Positions 11,196 through 23,859 of a stretch of 64,000 nt of DNA are shown piece after piece; position 1 is the stretch's first letter, and each line of letters starts with the position of its first letter. The stretch spans positions 13,144,001-13,208,000 of the forward strand of contig CM075989.1 in the NCBI GenBank assembly GCA_038087875.1. Direction: 5' to 3'. The position numbers and the translations under genes are program-made. The stretch is from Malacoraja senta. Taxonomy: Eukaryota. The notes under the pieces are model-generated. The model had not been told where the DNA came from. It saw only the letters and a program-made list of their open reading frames with translations, and made no database searches.

Positions 11196-12811
11196 CAGTG
11201 GCTTGCAAAAGTTTTCATACCCCTTGAACTTTTCCACATTTTGTCACGTTACAACCACAAACGTAAATGTATTTTATTGGGATTTTATGTGATAGACCAA
11301 CACAAAGTGGCACATAATTGTGAAGTGGAAGGAAAATGATATATGGTTTTCAAATTTTTTTACAAATAAAAAACTGAAAAGTGTGGCGTGCAAAAGTATT
11401 CAGCCCCCCTGAGTCAATACTTTGTAGAACCACCTTTCGCTGCAATTACAGCTGCAAGTCTTTTGGGGTATGTCTCTACCAGCTTTGCACATCTAGAGAC
11501 TGAAATTTTTGCCCATTCTTCTTTGCAAAATAGCTCAAGCTCAGTCAGATTGGATGGAGAGCGTCTGTGAACAGCAATTTTCAAGTCTTGCCAGAGATTC
11601 TCAATTGGATTTAGGTCTGGACTTTGACTGGGCCATTCTAACACATGAATATGCTTTGATCTAAACCATTCCATTGTAGCTCTGGCTGTATGTTTAGGGT
11701 CGTTGTCCTGCTGGAAGGTGAACCTCCGCCCCAGTCTCAAGTCTTTTGCAGACTCTAACAGGTTTTCTTCCAAGATTGCCCTGTATTTGGCTCCATCCAT
11801 CTTCCCATCAACTCTGACCAGCTTCCCTGTCCCTGCTGAAAAAAAGCATCCCCACAGCATGATGCTGCCACCACCATGTTTCACAGTGGGGATGGTGTGT
11901 TCAGGGTGATGTGCAGTGTTAGGTTTCCGCCACACATAGCGTTTTGCATTTAGGCCCAAAACTTCAATTTTGGTCTCATCTGACCAGAGCACCTTCCTCC
12001 ACATGTTTGCTGTGTCCCCCACATGGCTTGTGGCAAACTGCAAACGGGACTTCTTATGGCTTTTTTTCAACAATGGCTTTCTTCTTGCCACTCTTCCATA
12101 AAGGCCCGATTTGTGGAGTGCACGACTAATAGTTGTCCTGTGGACAGATTCTCCCACCTGAGCTGTGGATCTCTGCAGCTCCTCCAGAGTTACCATGGGC
12201 CTCTTGGCTGCTTCTCTGATCAATGCTCTCCTTGCCCGGCCTGTCAGTTTAGGTGGACGGCCATGTCTTGGTAGGTTTGCAGTTGTGCCATACTCTTTCC
12301 ATATTCGGATGATGGATTGAACAGTGCTCCGTGAGATGTTCAAAGCTTGGGATTTTTTTTATAACCTAACCCTGCTTTAAACTTCTCCACAACTTTATCC
12401 CTGACCTGTCTGGTGTGTTCCTTGGGCTTCATGGTGCTGTTTGTTCACTAATGTTCTCTAACAAACCTCTGAGGCCTTCACAGAACAGCTGTATTTATAC
12501 TGAGATTAGATTACACACAAGTGGACTCTATTTACTAATTAGGTGACTTCTGAAGGCAATTGGTTGCACTGGATTTTATTTAGGGGTATCAGAGTAAAGG
12601 GGGCTGAATACTTTTGCACGCCACACTTTTCAGTTTTTTATTTGTAAAAAAATTTGAAAACCATGTATCATTTTCCTTCCACTTCACAATTATGCACCAC
12701 TTTGTGTTGGTCTATCACATAAAATCCCAATAAAATACATTTACGTTTGTGGTTGTAACGTGACAAAATGTGGAAAAGTTCAAGGGGTAAGAATACTTTT
12801 GCAAGCCACTG
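11196..12811 (-). mobile_element. Tc1/mariner IR-DR transposon (Passport-like), full length
   Basis: TA TSD; ~213-bp TIRs (11196-11408 and 12599-12811) starting CAGTGGCTTGCAAAAGT, each with an inner direct repeat; encloses a DD34E transposase; in the last intron of SPPL2A. Confidence 0.96.
11414..12432 (-). pseudogene. Tc1 DD34E transposase, ~339 aa with a single 1-nt frameshift near the N terminus
   Basis: ATG at 12432 gives MKPKEHTRQVRDKVVEKFKAGLGYKK, frame shifts in an A8 run (12353-12360), then ORF 11414..12343 with GRPPK, WSDETK, QQDNDPKH and SPDLNPIE (34 residues between D and E). Confidence 0.92.
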
Positions 12812-13078
12812 TATATTCACACGTGACCCCACAGCACTGCTTTCTTGAGCAGGAGAGAGCAGTTTAGAATATTTTTCAATTATAAAGTAATGATTGTTTC
12901 CCAATCTTGAATTTCAGGTGTTCCATTAAGTGACTGCTATGGTAAGGTTTGTTGACACTTGAAATGTTTTTATATTGATTTTCAGGAAAGCAGTGTATCT
13001 TTGAAAACTTTCCCTTTTGAAGGATTAACTGAATGCAGATATTCACTGCCCTGAATAACTGGTTGTTTCTCCCCTCAG

Positions 13079-13162
13079 ATGATGACCCCAGTTGATGCAG
13101 CAAGTGAAGAATCTACTGCTGCTCTCATTGAGCCAGTGTCTGAAAATCCCTCCGAGATATAA
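13079..13162 (+). CDS. SPPL2A: SPPL2A terminal coding exon (MMTPVDAASEESTAALIEPVSENPSEI*)
   Basis: pyrimidine tract cccctcag|ATG, phase 0, TAA at 13160-13162; short acidic tail starting MM as in SPPL2A, unlike the long SPPL2B tail; TRPM7 downstream matches SPPL2A synteny. Confidence 0.85.
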   Translation: MMTPVDAASEESTAALIEPVSENPSEI

Positions 13163-13854
13163 TTTGCTGCTTTACTGCAACTCATTTTCTACATGTACTT
13201 TGTTACCAAATAATAAGGAAACTCTGGGTGTAACCCAGAATTTGTGATTACCTGAAACACTAATGTTTCTTGCCTCTAAGCACAAATTTCTACATTGAAA
13301 TATTTTTGTAATTACATAATTTCTTTCTGAATCTGAGAATCTATTATGTATTTTTACTACTTCATAAACTGTTGGATATAAATATCATAGATAAATATGT
13401 AATTACATTCAAGCTTTGGTTAATCTGGTCAAACCTTTCTGGTTGCTCTTGGACGAACATGCTTAGCTTTGAATGGCGGTTACTGCTCTCTAGAAGGTCA
13501 AGAACACATGCTAATTCAGAAATGTTTGAACAAAACCAAATTTTTTAAAATGAACCCCAATGTTGTTTTCAGTCATTTATTCAACTGTGCCTGTGCATCC
13601 TTCAATTTATGCCGAATAGGGTTCTGTTTCTATTCCAATTTAACACCAACCAGACAGGTTTGATCATGTGAAGGCCATTTGAATATCTTTGTACATAGGA
13701 AGTGAAGATTAACCTGCACTGCTGTGTGATACGATTTGCATCTAACTTTGATTATTGAAATACATTCTGTGAAAGGGTGTGCTAATGTTTGAAGATGAAT
13801 TGAAATCTTATTTGTTATGATTTAAATATGGGGATGTAACTGCAGAATTATTTT

Positions 13855-13860
13855 ATTAAA
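13855..13860 (+). promoter_or_regulatory. Candidate SPPL2A polyadenylation signal (ATTAAA)
   Basis: ATTAAA at the end of a ~700-nt AT-rich, repeat-free stretch after the stop; repeat fragments resume just downstream. Confidence 0.45.
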
Positions 13861-14379
13861 TACATTTGGAAATTCCTCTGGCTTGAAGAATTCTTCAATG
13901 ATGGATTTCACTGAGATGCAAAAGGTGGGCAGTTGAGTGAGTAGGTTAAGGGGAAATAAAGGGGGATGGGATTGATCTGAGAGTGGTCATAGATTGAAGT
14001 ACTCAAAGGCCTGGTATCTTATGGAATAGGAGTCTGTGCTGCCTGCCACAGGGAAAGTCATCCAAATAACTCCTTAGCGCTGAAGCGTTGCTCCCTTGTT
14101 GACAACTTCAAGAGAAATACAGGGAGTAGCACCAATCACTCATGCCTTTGACTTCCTTGCCCCAGAGGGATAGTGGACATCCTTCTCAAATTTAGTTGCC
14201 TGCAAAATAAAGTTCTGTTCTATTCCAGTTTGTGAGCAACATTCTACCGGGTAAGCCATGATCTTGCCCAACACATGCACACTAGACCTAACATCTGCCT
14301 TGCTTGATGTCAGCCTAAACAAAAATTGGATGTAGTGTAAATCTGTTGTGTTTCTCATATTTAAACTGTACCTCGGGTA

Positions 14380-14900
14380 AGTGGCATAGTTCTAAGGCAC
14401 GTGTGGGAATAGAGGGACCTGGGCACATAATTCCTTTCAATGCTGAGGCTTGTAGAGCAAGCAGTTTGTAAAAACACATGGGATATGGTTTTTAGAAATA
14501 GAGGAGCAGATTACAAGAGCAAGAAGTTGTGTTGAACTAATATAAATTATGGGAATATTGTATAATTTTGGTTGCCAGACTTAAGGATGTCAAAGGCTTG
14601 AAAGAGTGCAGAAAATGTTTGAATGTGGTCCCAGGAATGAGGGATTCCTGCTGCAAGGCTAGACTGGAGAAGCTGAGGTAATGTTAAAAATGGTGAGAGG
14701 AAATTTCATAAATATGTACAAACCATTTAATATGGCGAGAAGGAAGGTTCCCCTTAGTGTGTGATTCAGTGATCTGGGAGATAGATATAACATTTTGACC
14801 AAAACTGTAGGGGAGTTGTGAGGAAGAACTTGTTTAAATAAATGCCGCAAGTGGTTATGATCTGGAATTCATGGCCTTGTTGGGTGAGGAAAATGCAATC
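14380..14900 (+). mobile_element. Degenerate CR1 LINE 3' fragment
   Basis: Decayed similarity to the better-preserved CR1 copies at 22166 and 43088; boundaries approximate. Confidence 0.5.
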
Positions 14901-15139
14901 AAGGCCTTATCTTGGATGCAGTGTAGACTCAATGAGCCTCCTGTGCTGTAATAATTCAGTGATTTTTAGTGCAGTTTCATCTGCAGTACCAAAACTGATG
15001 GTAAAGAGGAGGAAGCCTTTGGGCTCTGTGAGCCTCCAGCATTCAATAGATCGAGTTTATTGGCATCTGCACAAGAACGGTGATTACAGGTACACTGAAC
15101 ATCTTGCTTGCAACGTAAATTGCAATTTCTGAAAGACAG

Positions 15140-15500
15140 CAGAAATATTTTTGCCAATAAAACTAATGGCGCAAATCACAGGCAGTGGAAAATAAGTCCA
15201 TGCTCGTGCAAGGATTAGATTGTACATGTTGGTTAAAGAACCTGATGGTAAATAGATGCTCCTGAACCTTTGGTGTTTGATGCCAGGCTTCTGCACATCC
15301 TGCTGGTGGCAGCAGCGAACAAAGGGCATAGCCCAGATTATGGGGATAGTTGATGATGAATGCTGCCCCTTAGAGGCGGCGCCTGGTATGGACACTTCCA
15401 ATAGTGGGGAGGGCTGTGCCTGCGATAGACAGGACTGAGTAAACCACTCTTTGCAGCCTCTTGCATTCCTGTGCGTTGGCATTACCTGGCCAAGTTGCAG
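15140..15500 (-). mobile_element. Rex1/Babar-like LINE 3' fragment
   Basis: Resembles 48220-49300 and 36362-36580 (aggttcaggagcatctat-type 3' region); boundaries approximate. Confidence 0.45.
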
Positions 15501-18173
15501 TCTGTGAAGATACTTTCTGCAGTGGAGACGTGTGGAACTACAGATGCTGGAATCTGGCATAGAACTCAAAGTGCTGGAAAAGCTCAACTGGTCAGGTAGC
15601 ATCTCTGGATGATATGGATAGGTGACATTTCCGGTCCGGACCCTTTTTCAGACTAAAGACAAAAGGTGTCAGATAAAGGAAGATGCTGACTGAAATGTAA
15701 AAGCAGATGGAGGGATTGGTGTGGAAGGGGATGGGAGGTAGGGCAAATATGGTATTCTGAGATGGGAGATGAGTGTACAGAGGCAAAAGAAGGTTGAAGA
15801 GGGTGGTGGGAGAAATGTGTTAGCACCAGCGTGGGCAAAGGAGGGTATTGGTTGTAATTGAAGACTTTAATGTTCATGCCATGAATTGTAGGCTACCCAA
15901 GCAGAATGCGATGCTGTTTTTCCACACCGATTCCCCTATGTCCAGATTGTTTCCTATTTCTTTGACTCGGCCAAGGCACCGTTCTCCCAACACCTATCAT
16001 GTTGATCTTTTGAAGGACTTTGTACCTTCCCACGAGGTAACCTCTCATTTTAAACTCTAAAAAGTATAATCTTCGCCTGCTCAATCTCTCCTGATTGAAA
16101 CAAACCGAATTGTTGAAAGGTTTGACGGGGTGGGTGCAGGGACAGCTGGCCTATGACTATCCTTTTTATCTTACTATGTTCTCTTTTGACAGACTCGCCA
16201 CTTCTGGAGCCAGTCTGTATTCTCACTACAAGTAAGTAGGCACTTTTGAGAGAATAATTTGCTTTCAATGTTCCACGTGGTTTTCAAAACACGCAGAGAA
16301 ACTAGTGCCCTGATCTGTGGGGTGTTCAGGTCACTGGCTTTGCATTGGTGAGAAAAGTCAGTCTTGGAGCTATACAGCAAGGAAACCCACTTATCCATGC
16401 AGATCGCTGGCTTTCTGCGATAATCCCATTTGCCTGCATTTGGCCCATATCCCTAAACCCTTCCTATCCATATACTTGTCCAAATGTCTTTTGAAATTTG
16501 TAGAGGAGTGTAAGCGCAGCCAGATATGTGGCTCAGAGTATAGTGTGTGGGCTTACATGAATGGGAATGAAGATTATACCAAAATTAATAGGATTATGAA
16601 GCAAAATCCTAAACTAGTCAGGAAACCCTGCGCTTGCCATTTTTTACAGCTTCTGGCAAAAGAGCCTGTTGGATTTCGCAGCATCTGCATGACATCAGTC
16701 ACAGACTTAAAAATTGAATTTTAAGTTCTGTTGCAGGCGTTACTAACAAAACTAACAGAAGTAAAAGGATAATATGAAGAATAGGAAAATGTTATAATTA
16801 ATTTTTTGGGGGCAATGGAATCGGGCAGCGTGCTAAATTAAGTAGACAGTTTGCCTGCTACAGGAGTCTCACCTCTGCAGTTTCACTGAACATTTTTGAC
16901 AAGATAATTTGTGATACATTGCAAGTGGGATCAGTAATTAAAAAAAACACCAATAACCTTGATAAAAAAGCTACTGTATCTGGCTGTTGCTGTCCTGTTT
17001 ATGTTCCGATGGGGGATGAACTCCCTAATGGGCAATGTGGAAATTATGCATGAATGCATAGTTCTTTTCATTTTCAATGCATCCATTTACAGAGAGTGAA
17101 GGATGATGCATGTCTTGTCTGATGTTTTTGAAAACCCGCAATTAACCAATTTTCCTGAATACTGAAAAGAGAAAATAAAATGACATGAATTAAAAACAGA
17201 AAAGTGTAAGAACTAATTATGTGAGGTAAATGTAAGGTTATTAACTAGGTAGAAAGAATAAAAATTAGAATAGTTTTGAGAAATGAAACTGAAATTGGGT
17301 ACAAAGATATCTCGACACTGGCAATCATGCAGTGAAGATCGACGTTGTGGTGGCCCTCTTTTGCAAGGGATTAGAATTTTTAAAAATAAAAAAATTGTGA
17401 GATTGTCTGTGGACTTCGGTGAGATTTCTGAGGAAATAATTTGGGGCTATGAGAAAAATAGCAAATAATGGAGCCGGTTCAAGCATCTACATTTTGAATG
17501 AAAAACAGAAAATTATGGAAATACTCAACAGAAGAGGCTGCATCTGTGGGGAGAGAAACAGTTTTCATCGGAACTGGGTAAATTAATGATAAACCGTGGA
17601 GAGAACAAAAGGTCTGTGTGGGGTGGTGGGCAGGAGAGAATTGATAACGAAGGGGTAATGGTGCTGGGTGAAAAAGATAGTAATGGATAAGAAATAAAAG
17701 ATGGTTGGCCAGAAGTTATCAATTACATTAGAAGAATCAGTGTTTAACATTGTTGAACATAATGTTGTCCGGAAGACTGGAATATGCCAAATCAGAAATG
17801 ATGTTCAATATGTAACGGGTTGTTGGTTAGGGGGGGGGAGGGGGGGGGGGGGATTTGATGAGTGGATTAGGCTGTCAATTTTTTCTCAGTCCTTCAGAAT
17901 GCTGGTGCAGACAAGAGGGTGAGGAAGAGGGAGAAGTGTTTGAAGGTAGTATTGGATAAAACAAAAGATGATCCATTGATGAGGGGCTATGGGATAGGAT
18001 CTCCTCCAGGATGGGGAGACCAAGTGCAGATTGGGTAACTGCTTGGCATGAGTTTACCTGTCACATTAATTCTCTCTCAATCCCACTCCATCCTCCGTCC
18101 TTGATCTACTATACCGTTTCAACAAAGCTTAAGCACAAGAAGCATCACTCTATCTGAAGAAGCATCACTGAGC

Positions 18174-18270
18174 CTGAAGAAGGGTCTCGACCCGAAACAT
18201 CGCCTATTCCTTCTCGCCATGGATGCTGCCTCACCCGCTGAGTTTCTCCAGCATTTTTGTCTACCTTCAC
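18174..18270 (+). mobile_element. Penelope-derived short repeat with hammerhead-ribozyme core
   Basis: CTGAAGA-AGGGTCTCGACCC-GAAAC followed by the gatgctgcc...ctccagcatttttgtctacct motif shared with the PLE at 41763-42935. Confidence 0.7.
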
Positions 18271-21200
18271 TCTATCTTCCAATAGGTTCCTTACAAACTC
18301 AATATTGAACTCAACATTTTCAGACAATTAACTAGCTTCTGCTTAGTCTCATCCAGACTAATTTATAACTTTTCAGTTCATTCCAAAAGACCCATCCAGT
18401 TCTGATAAAATAGTATCTAGTTAGCTCTCTTCCTTTTCAAAGATGTTGCCTGACCTGCTTTACAATTTCAGATTTGGTGCATTTTCAGGATTTTGCTTTT
18501 GATCTGTGTTGATTTGAGCCTCAGCAACAATAACAAAAATATCGTCAGTCGTAACAACCTAGATCAGGGAAGTTTCCTGATAAAGATGTGCTGAAATATC
18601 TGACGGTACTCTGTACAGACTTGGATACAAGCAATGGGAGGATATCTGACACAGGCAGCAATCAGCCTGTTAACAAACAGGCTCAAAGATGAAATTATTA
18701 ATGACCTAAGAGTAAGAGTTGCACATTTAGGTATGTGTGGCCCACCTCTGGGCACCAAATATGAGAGTGCAACTGCCTATTTTGGAAAAGAGGACGTGAC
18801 GGCACAAAGCAGCACAGAGCCTGGTTGGAACATAGACTGGAGAGGGATGTAATTGGCGCTGGCATAGGGCCATGTTATTATACAAACAAAATACAGAGAA
18901 ATTTCCTGATAAACCTACAGAATGCACTGGTGTGAACACCCTCGCATCAAGGACATGGAGTGCCCTTGCAGCAAGCCTGCCTCTGCCTCCTGCCATAATA
19001 ACATGCCCAAGGTAAAGGCTCCACTTCTCCCAACTCCAGATGGAATCAACGCAATCTACTTTGTGGCTCCCCCAATGGCACATCTGGTAAGTGCAACCCC
19101 CAAACTAGAATCTAACCCTGATGGTTTATCTGTAGAACAACAACAGTGAATATGGCTGTAATCTCACTAGGAATGACAGTGTTTGTAACAAGGCTATGGT
19201 CTCAGTGGAGTGATTTGTGGCAGGTTAGTGGTGTAAATCAAATGTAACTACGTATCTAAATATTGTGAATCTAACAGAACACATTGAAGTTAGAGTTTTT
19301 AAATAATTGTGGAATCAGAGTTTGCATATTTTCTAGCTAGTGACAGATTCCGTGAAAGGCACTTTTACTGTACATAATCTCTGGAAAAGTATTTAATCTC
19401 AAAATACAAAGCTGTATTTGGAAGAATATCAAATATGCAGATCTGAAGGGCATATGTGCTTCAGATGTTGGTGGGCATGAGCAGATGGTGGATTTCAGTT
19501 TGTGCATGTTGATGCGTGTGAAGATGGGGGAGTGAATTAACATTGGGTGTGCGTTGGTGTAAAATTCTGGTGCACGCTAGTTAATGGTGGGTGTGACCAA
19601 ACAATGGGTGGTGAGCTGCTGCAAATTGATAGTGGTGGGTGTTAATCAGAGTGAGTTGATTGTAGCGAGTGTTGATTGTGGCATGTATTGATAGGAGTTG
19701 TTTGTGGCGTGTGTTAGGAGTTAGCACTGGAAATGAATTGGTGAGCAAGGTCGGTGGGTGAGCTCAAAGTATATGCCAGTTGGCATACATTGATGTATGG
19801 TGGTTGAGAAGGTGTGAGTTGGCAATGGGTCGAGGTCATGATGTTTGTGAGATCGCATAAGTTGACGGTAGTTGTGAATTGGTCTGAATTGATATAATTG
19901 ACAATGAGTGTGGGTTGGTAGATTTGGATGATGGGTGTTCATTGTTGGGTGTGACCTCACGGTGGGAGTAAGATGATTGTAGTTGTAAGTTGGTGTGCAT
20001 TGATAGTGAAAAGGAAATGGTGGTTCCAGTATGGAGATGAGTTAGTTGGTGTATATTAATGGGCCCTATGGGTTAATGGTGTACATATATCAATGGTGGC
20101 TCTAATTTGGAGTTTACGATGAATGGGAGTTGATATAAAGTGTAGGTTGATGTTACTTGATGGTGTGTGAGTAGGAATTTTCAGTGGGAGTTAGTTTTTA
20201 CTGGCAAGTTGATTTCAGTCGATTGTAGATTGAACAGAAAATGGGTTGCTATTAATTTAAAATGACTGTAAACAAATAGTGGATCCGAGTCGCTTAAGAA
20301 TACACAAATTAGGAGTAGGATTAGGCCATTCTGGCTTTCATGCCTACTCCACTATTTAATAACACAATGGCTGCTCTGAATGCAACATACTCTTGCATTT
20401 TATCCAGATTAACTATCTCTCCCCCTCAGCCCAATGAACATTCAGACTGCTTCCACCACCTTCTGAACGAGCTCCAAAGACTCATAACCATCAGAGAAGA
20501 AAAGTTTATCTTGCCTGTCTTAAATAGGCAATCCCTTATTTTTAAACTGTGATCCCTAGTTCTTGATCTGGTCCATCAGAGGAAACATTTTTGTCTCAAA
20601 TACCTCTTGGAATTACAACAATGCAGCTCAGGATCAGGCCCTTAATATTTGCACCAACCATGAAGCCACCTAAATTAATCCCATCTGTCTGCACAAGGTC
20701 CATATGCCATGCATCCCCTGCCTGCTCGTGTCTGCCTAAATGGTTCTTAAATGTTGCTATTCATATATGCTTCTGCCACTTCTGGTAACATGTTCCGTGT
20801 ATCTACCACTCTCTGTTTATTAAAAAAAATCATCCCATAAAGCTCCTTTAATCTTTCCCCCCTTCACCTTAAACCTATGCTCTCCAGTATTTGACATTTC
20901 CATTCTGGAATGTTTAGGTCCTGGTGCCTTCAGAATTTTTGTGGATTCAAAACTAGCATGTCCAATCTTTCCTCAGAAGACATGTAACTCATTACAAGTA
21001 TTAGTCTAGTCTGACGATGGGGGTGATCTCATGGTGGGTCCAAGATGATGGTGGGTGTGACCTGTTAGGTATGAGCTGTGGGGGTTGATGAGTTGAATGT
21101 GCCTTGGCATTGACAGGGAGCAAGTTGACAGCATGATTTGATGGTAGTTTTGAGTTGATGGTTGTGTTAAAGGAGGTTATGGGTTAATGCACAAAATATG

Positions 21201-22165
21201 TAGAGTGCAGGCCTTATTGGTATGGGTTGATGAATTGTGGTTTGTGAAAGTTGTCATTTGGTATCAGTTGGAGATGGTGTGAGCTAACATAAGTTAGTGA
21301 ATGAATGCTTGGTATGAGCTGATAGGAGATCTGATTTGGTATGATTGGTATGAGGTTGTGCTCATGATGAGAGCTGATGCCAAGCAGTGTTTTGGGTTGA
21401 GGTCACAATACAGACATTGGAACAAATTGACTGGATATTAACAGTGAAAACAGAGGAAAAGGCTTCGGATCGATTGTCTTCCTCTAAGCACACCCTCTAT
21501 TTTCTACATGGTAGATTAACCTTTTTGATATCCTGGATTTCAACCCTTCATTGGCAGGCTAATAGAAAATAGGTGATTTCTAAAGAAAATGTCTTCAATA
21601 ATTAACACAAGAACTTAAAAATGAAAATATGCAGACCAGTTAATATGAGAATGAATCTTTATTCAGATTTCAACATATTTATCAATGTGTGACTTAACAA
21701 CTCTTTGTCATGGTTGCTAATCCAACATTTACATTTCCAAGATGTGTTTTCACTTTACTGGTGCCTAACAAGAATGTTTTGCAAAACAAAGGTCTAGGGG
21801 TTTGGAGAAGCAGCAGGGAAAGGAAAACAAACTGTTTTAATTATATATTATCAAAAGACATAATTGTGTGCAACATATTGAAGCACCAGTGCATGGAGGA
21901 TAGACAGCTCCTTGTTTATTTAATTGCTGTGATCAGACTTTGTCAGGGCGTTGTTCCAGACAGACTGCATTCATTCCTGACCGCTCTGCTGTGAGATCAA
22001 ATGCCCGAATAAGAACACAATCCAGAGTCCAAGGGACAGAAAATGGTGAACTCAAACTTGTGGCAAGTTTCTTTTTCTTTGGTGAGAAAATATTTATCAC
22101 TAACATTAACTTATGATGACTCTTCATCAAAGCCTGCCATGTCTCACTGCCTGTCATCAAAGCAG

Positions 22166-22990
22166 ATATTAACGATTTAGATGAAGGAATTAAATGTAAC
22201 ATCTCCAAATTTGTGGATGACACAAAGGTGGGTGGCACTGAGCTGCGAGGAGGATGCTATGAAGCTGCAGGGTGACGGCTAGGTTGGCTGAGTGGGCAGA
22301 TCCATGGCAGATGCAATATGATGTGGATAAATGTGAGGTTATCCGCTTTAGTGGCGAGAATAAGAAGGCAGATTATTATCTGAATGTTGTCAAATTTGGA
22401 AAAGGGGAGGTGCAATGAGACCTGGGTGTCCTTGTACATCAGTCACTGAAATTATGTATTCGGGTACAGCAGGCAGTGAAGAAAGCAAATGGCATGTTTG
22501 CCTTCATAGCGAGAGGATTTGAGTATAGGAGCAAGTAGGTCCTACAGTGGGTGTACTGGGCCCTGGTGAGACCACGCCTGGAGTATTGTGTACAGTTTTG
22601 GTATCCTAATTTGAGGATGGACATTCTTGCTATTGCGGGACTGCGGCGCAGGTTCACCAGGATGGCGGGACTGACATATGATGAAAGAATGGATCGACTG
22701 GTCTTATATTCACTGGAATTTAGAAGGGTGAGAGGGGATCTTATAGATACATATGAAATTATTAAGGGATTGGACAGGCTAGATGCAGGATTTTTTTTTC
22801 CAATGTTGGGGGAGGCCAGAACCAGGGGTCACAGTTTAAGAATAAGGGGTAGGTCATTTAGGATTGAGATGAGGAAAAATGTTTTCACACATAGAGTTAC
22901 GAATCTGTGGAATTCTCTGCCACAGAAGGCAGTGGAGGCCAATTCACTGTATAGGCCGAATGGCCTATTCCTGCACCTATTTTCTATGCC
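22166..22990 (+). mobile_element. CR1 (HER1-like) LINE, 5'-truncated RT 3' end
   Basis: INDL...KF(V)DDTK, LVRPRLEYCVQFW, SLEFRRVRGDLI, RTRGHSL, FFTHRV motifs; ggccgaatggcct tail. Confidence 0.9.
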
Positions 22991-23484
22991 TATATTTCTA
23001 TGTACAATTAGTAGGAATGTTACAACATTTTGAGATTTTAAAAATCAAGCCTGTAATTTATCCCATCAGATAAAGCATGAAAAGAACTTTAATTTGCTAC
23101 CTAATTCACTTTCATATATTCAGTATTAAAAAAGTTATGGTCATTTTCATACTCAGAAATTAGCATCTAGTTCCCTATTGCTTTTCCATTGACGTTCCCT
23201 ATTGCTTTTCCATTGACTTAACACAAAAGCTGTGATCGAGGATAGTCAAAAGCCCATAACTTTCTTAAAAATTAAGAGAACTGAATGAAATTTTCAGTTA
23301 TTATCGATTGAAGCATTCTGAAACAAATATGAAACATCTTACTTGGATGACCTGAAATTAAAGCATATAATTAGTTAGCTAATTACAAAATTGACCGTTG
23401 TGACGGAAATAGTAATAACACCGAGACTGCCTTGAAAATTCAAAAATGTGATGTTCTCAAGATCAGAACTTTAATATTATTGTA

Positions 23485-23859
23485 TTATATGCTGTAAGTC
23501 CATAACAGACAGGGAAAGAAATTACAATTTCTAGCAAAAGACCATAAGTCTTTATGGAGAAGATCAGTTGCTAGCTGGTACATTGGCATATCATAATCAG
23601 TAGCATCATCATGCTCTTCAGATTGTAACCAATAAGCAACTCTGTACACCTTGTTTTTCCTCAACTTTTCAATTTTGGCATTGTAAACCACAAGTTTTTG
23701 CTCTTCAAACTGCGCATGACATGCCTTTCTGCCCACTACTTTCTCATTAAGAATGTCCTGTAGATCATCACATTTGGAGTAGTCCAAATTCGGATAATCT
23801 CTGCGAATGCTGTCTAAATCAGTCTCTTTTGCTGGGCATTTGGATTGACAATTTTGCAT
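23485..23859 (-). pseudogene. Transposon-borne ORF remnant with Spindlin-like Tudor domain
   Basis: VVGRKACH...YRVAYW...MYQLATDLLHKDL resembles the recalled Spin/Ssty repeat pattern (IGKAVEH...FYITY...MYQLLDDYKEGDL). Confidence 0.5.

Noticed and set aside
18560-19150. Possible gag/zinc-knuckle remnant (ORFs 18634..18852, 18922..19149) with a repeated tttcctgataaa
   Set aside because: Cys/His spacing does not fit CCHC and no LTR or pol sequence is nearby; too weak to call
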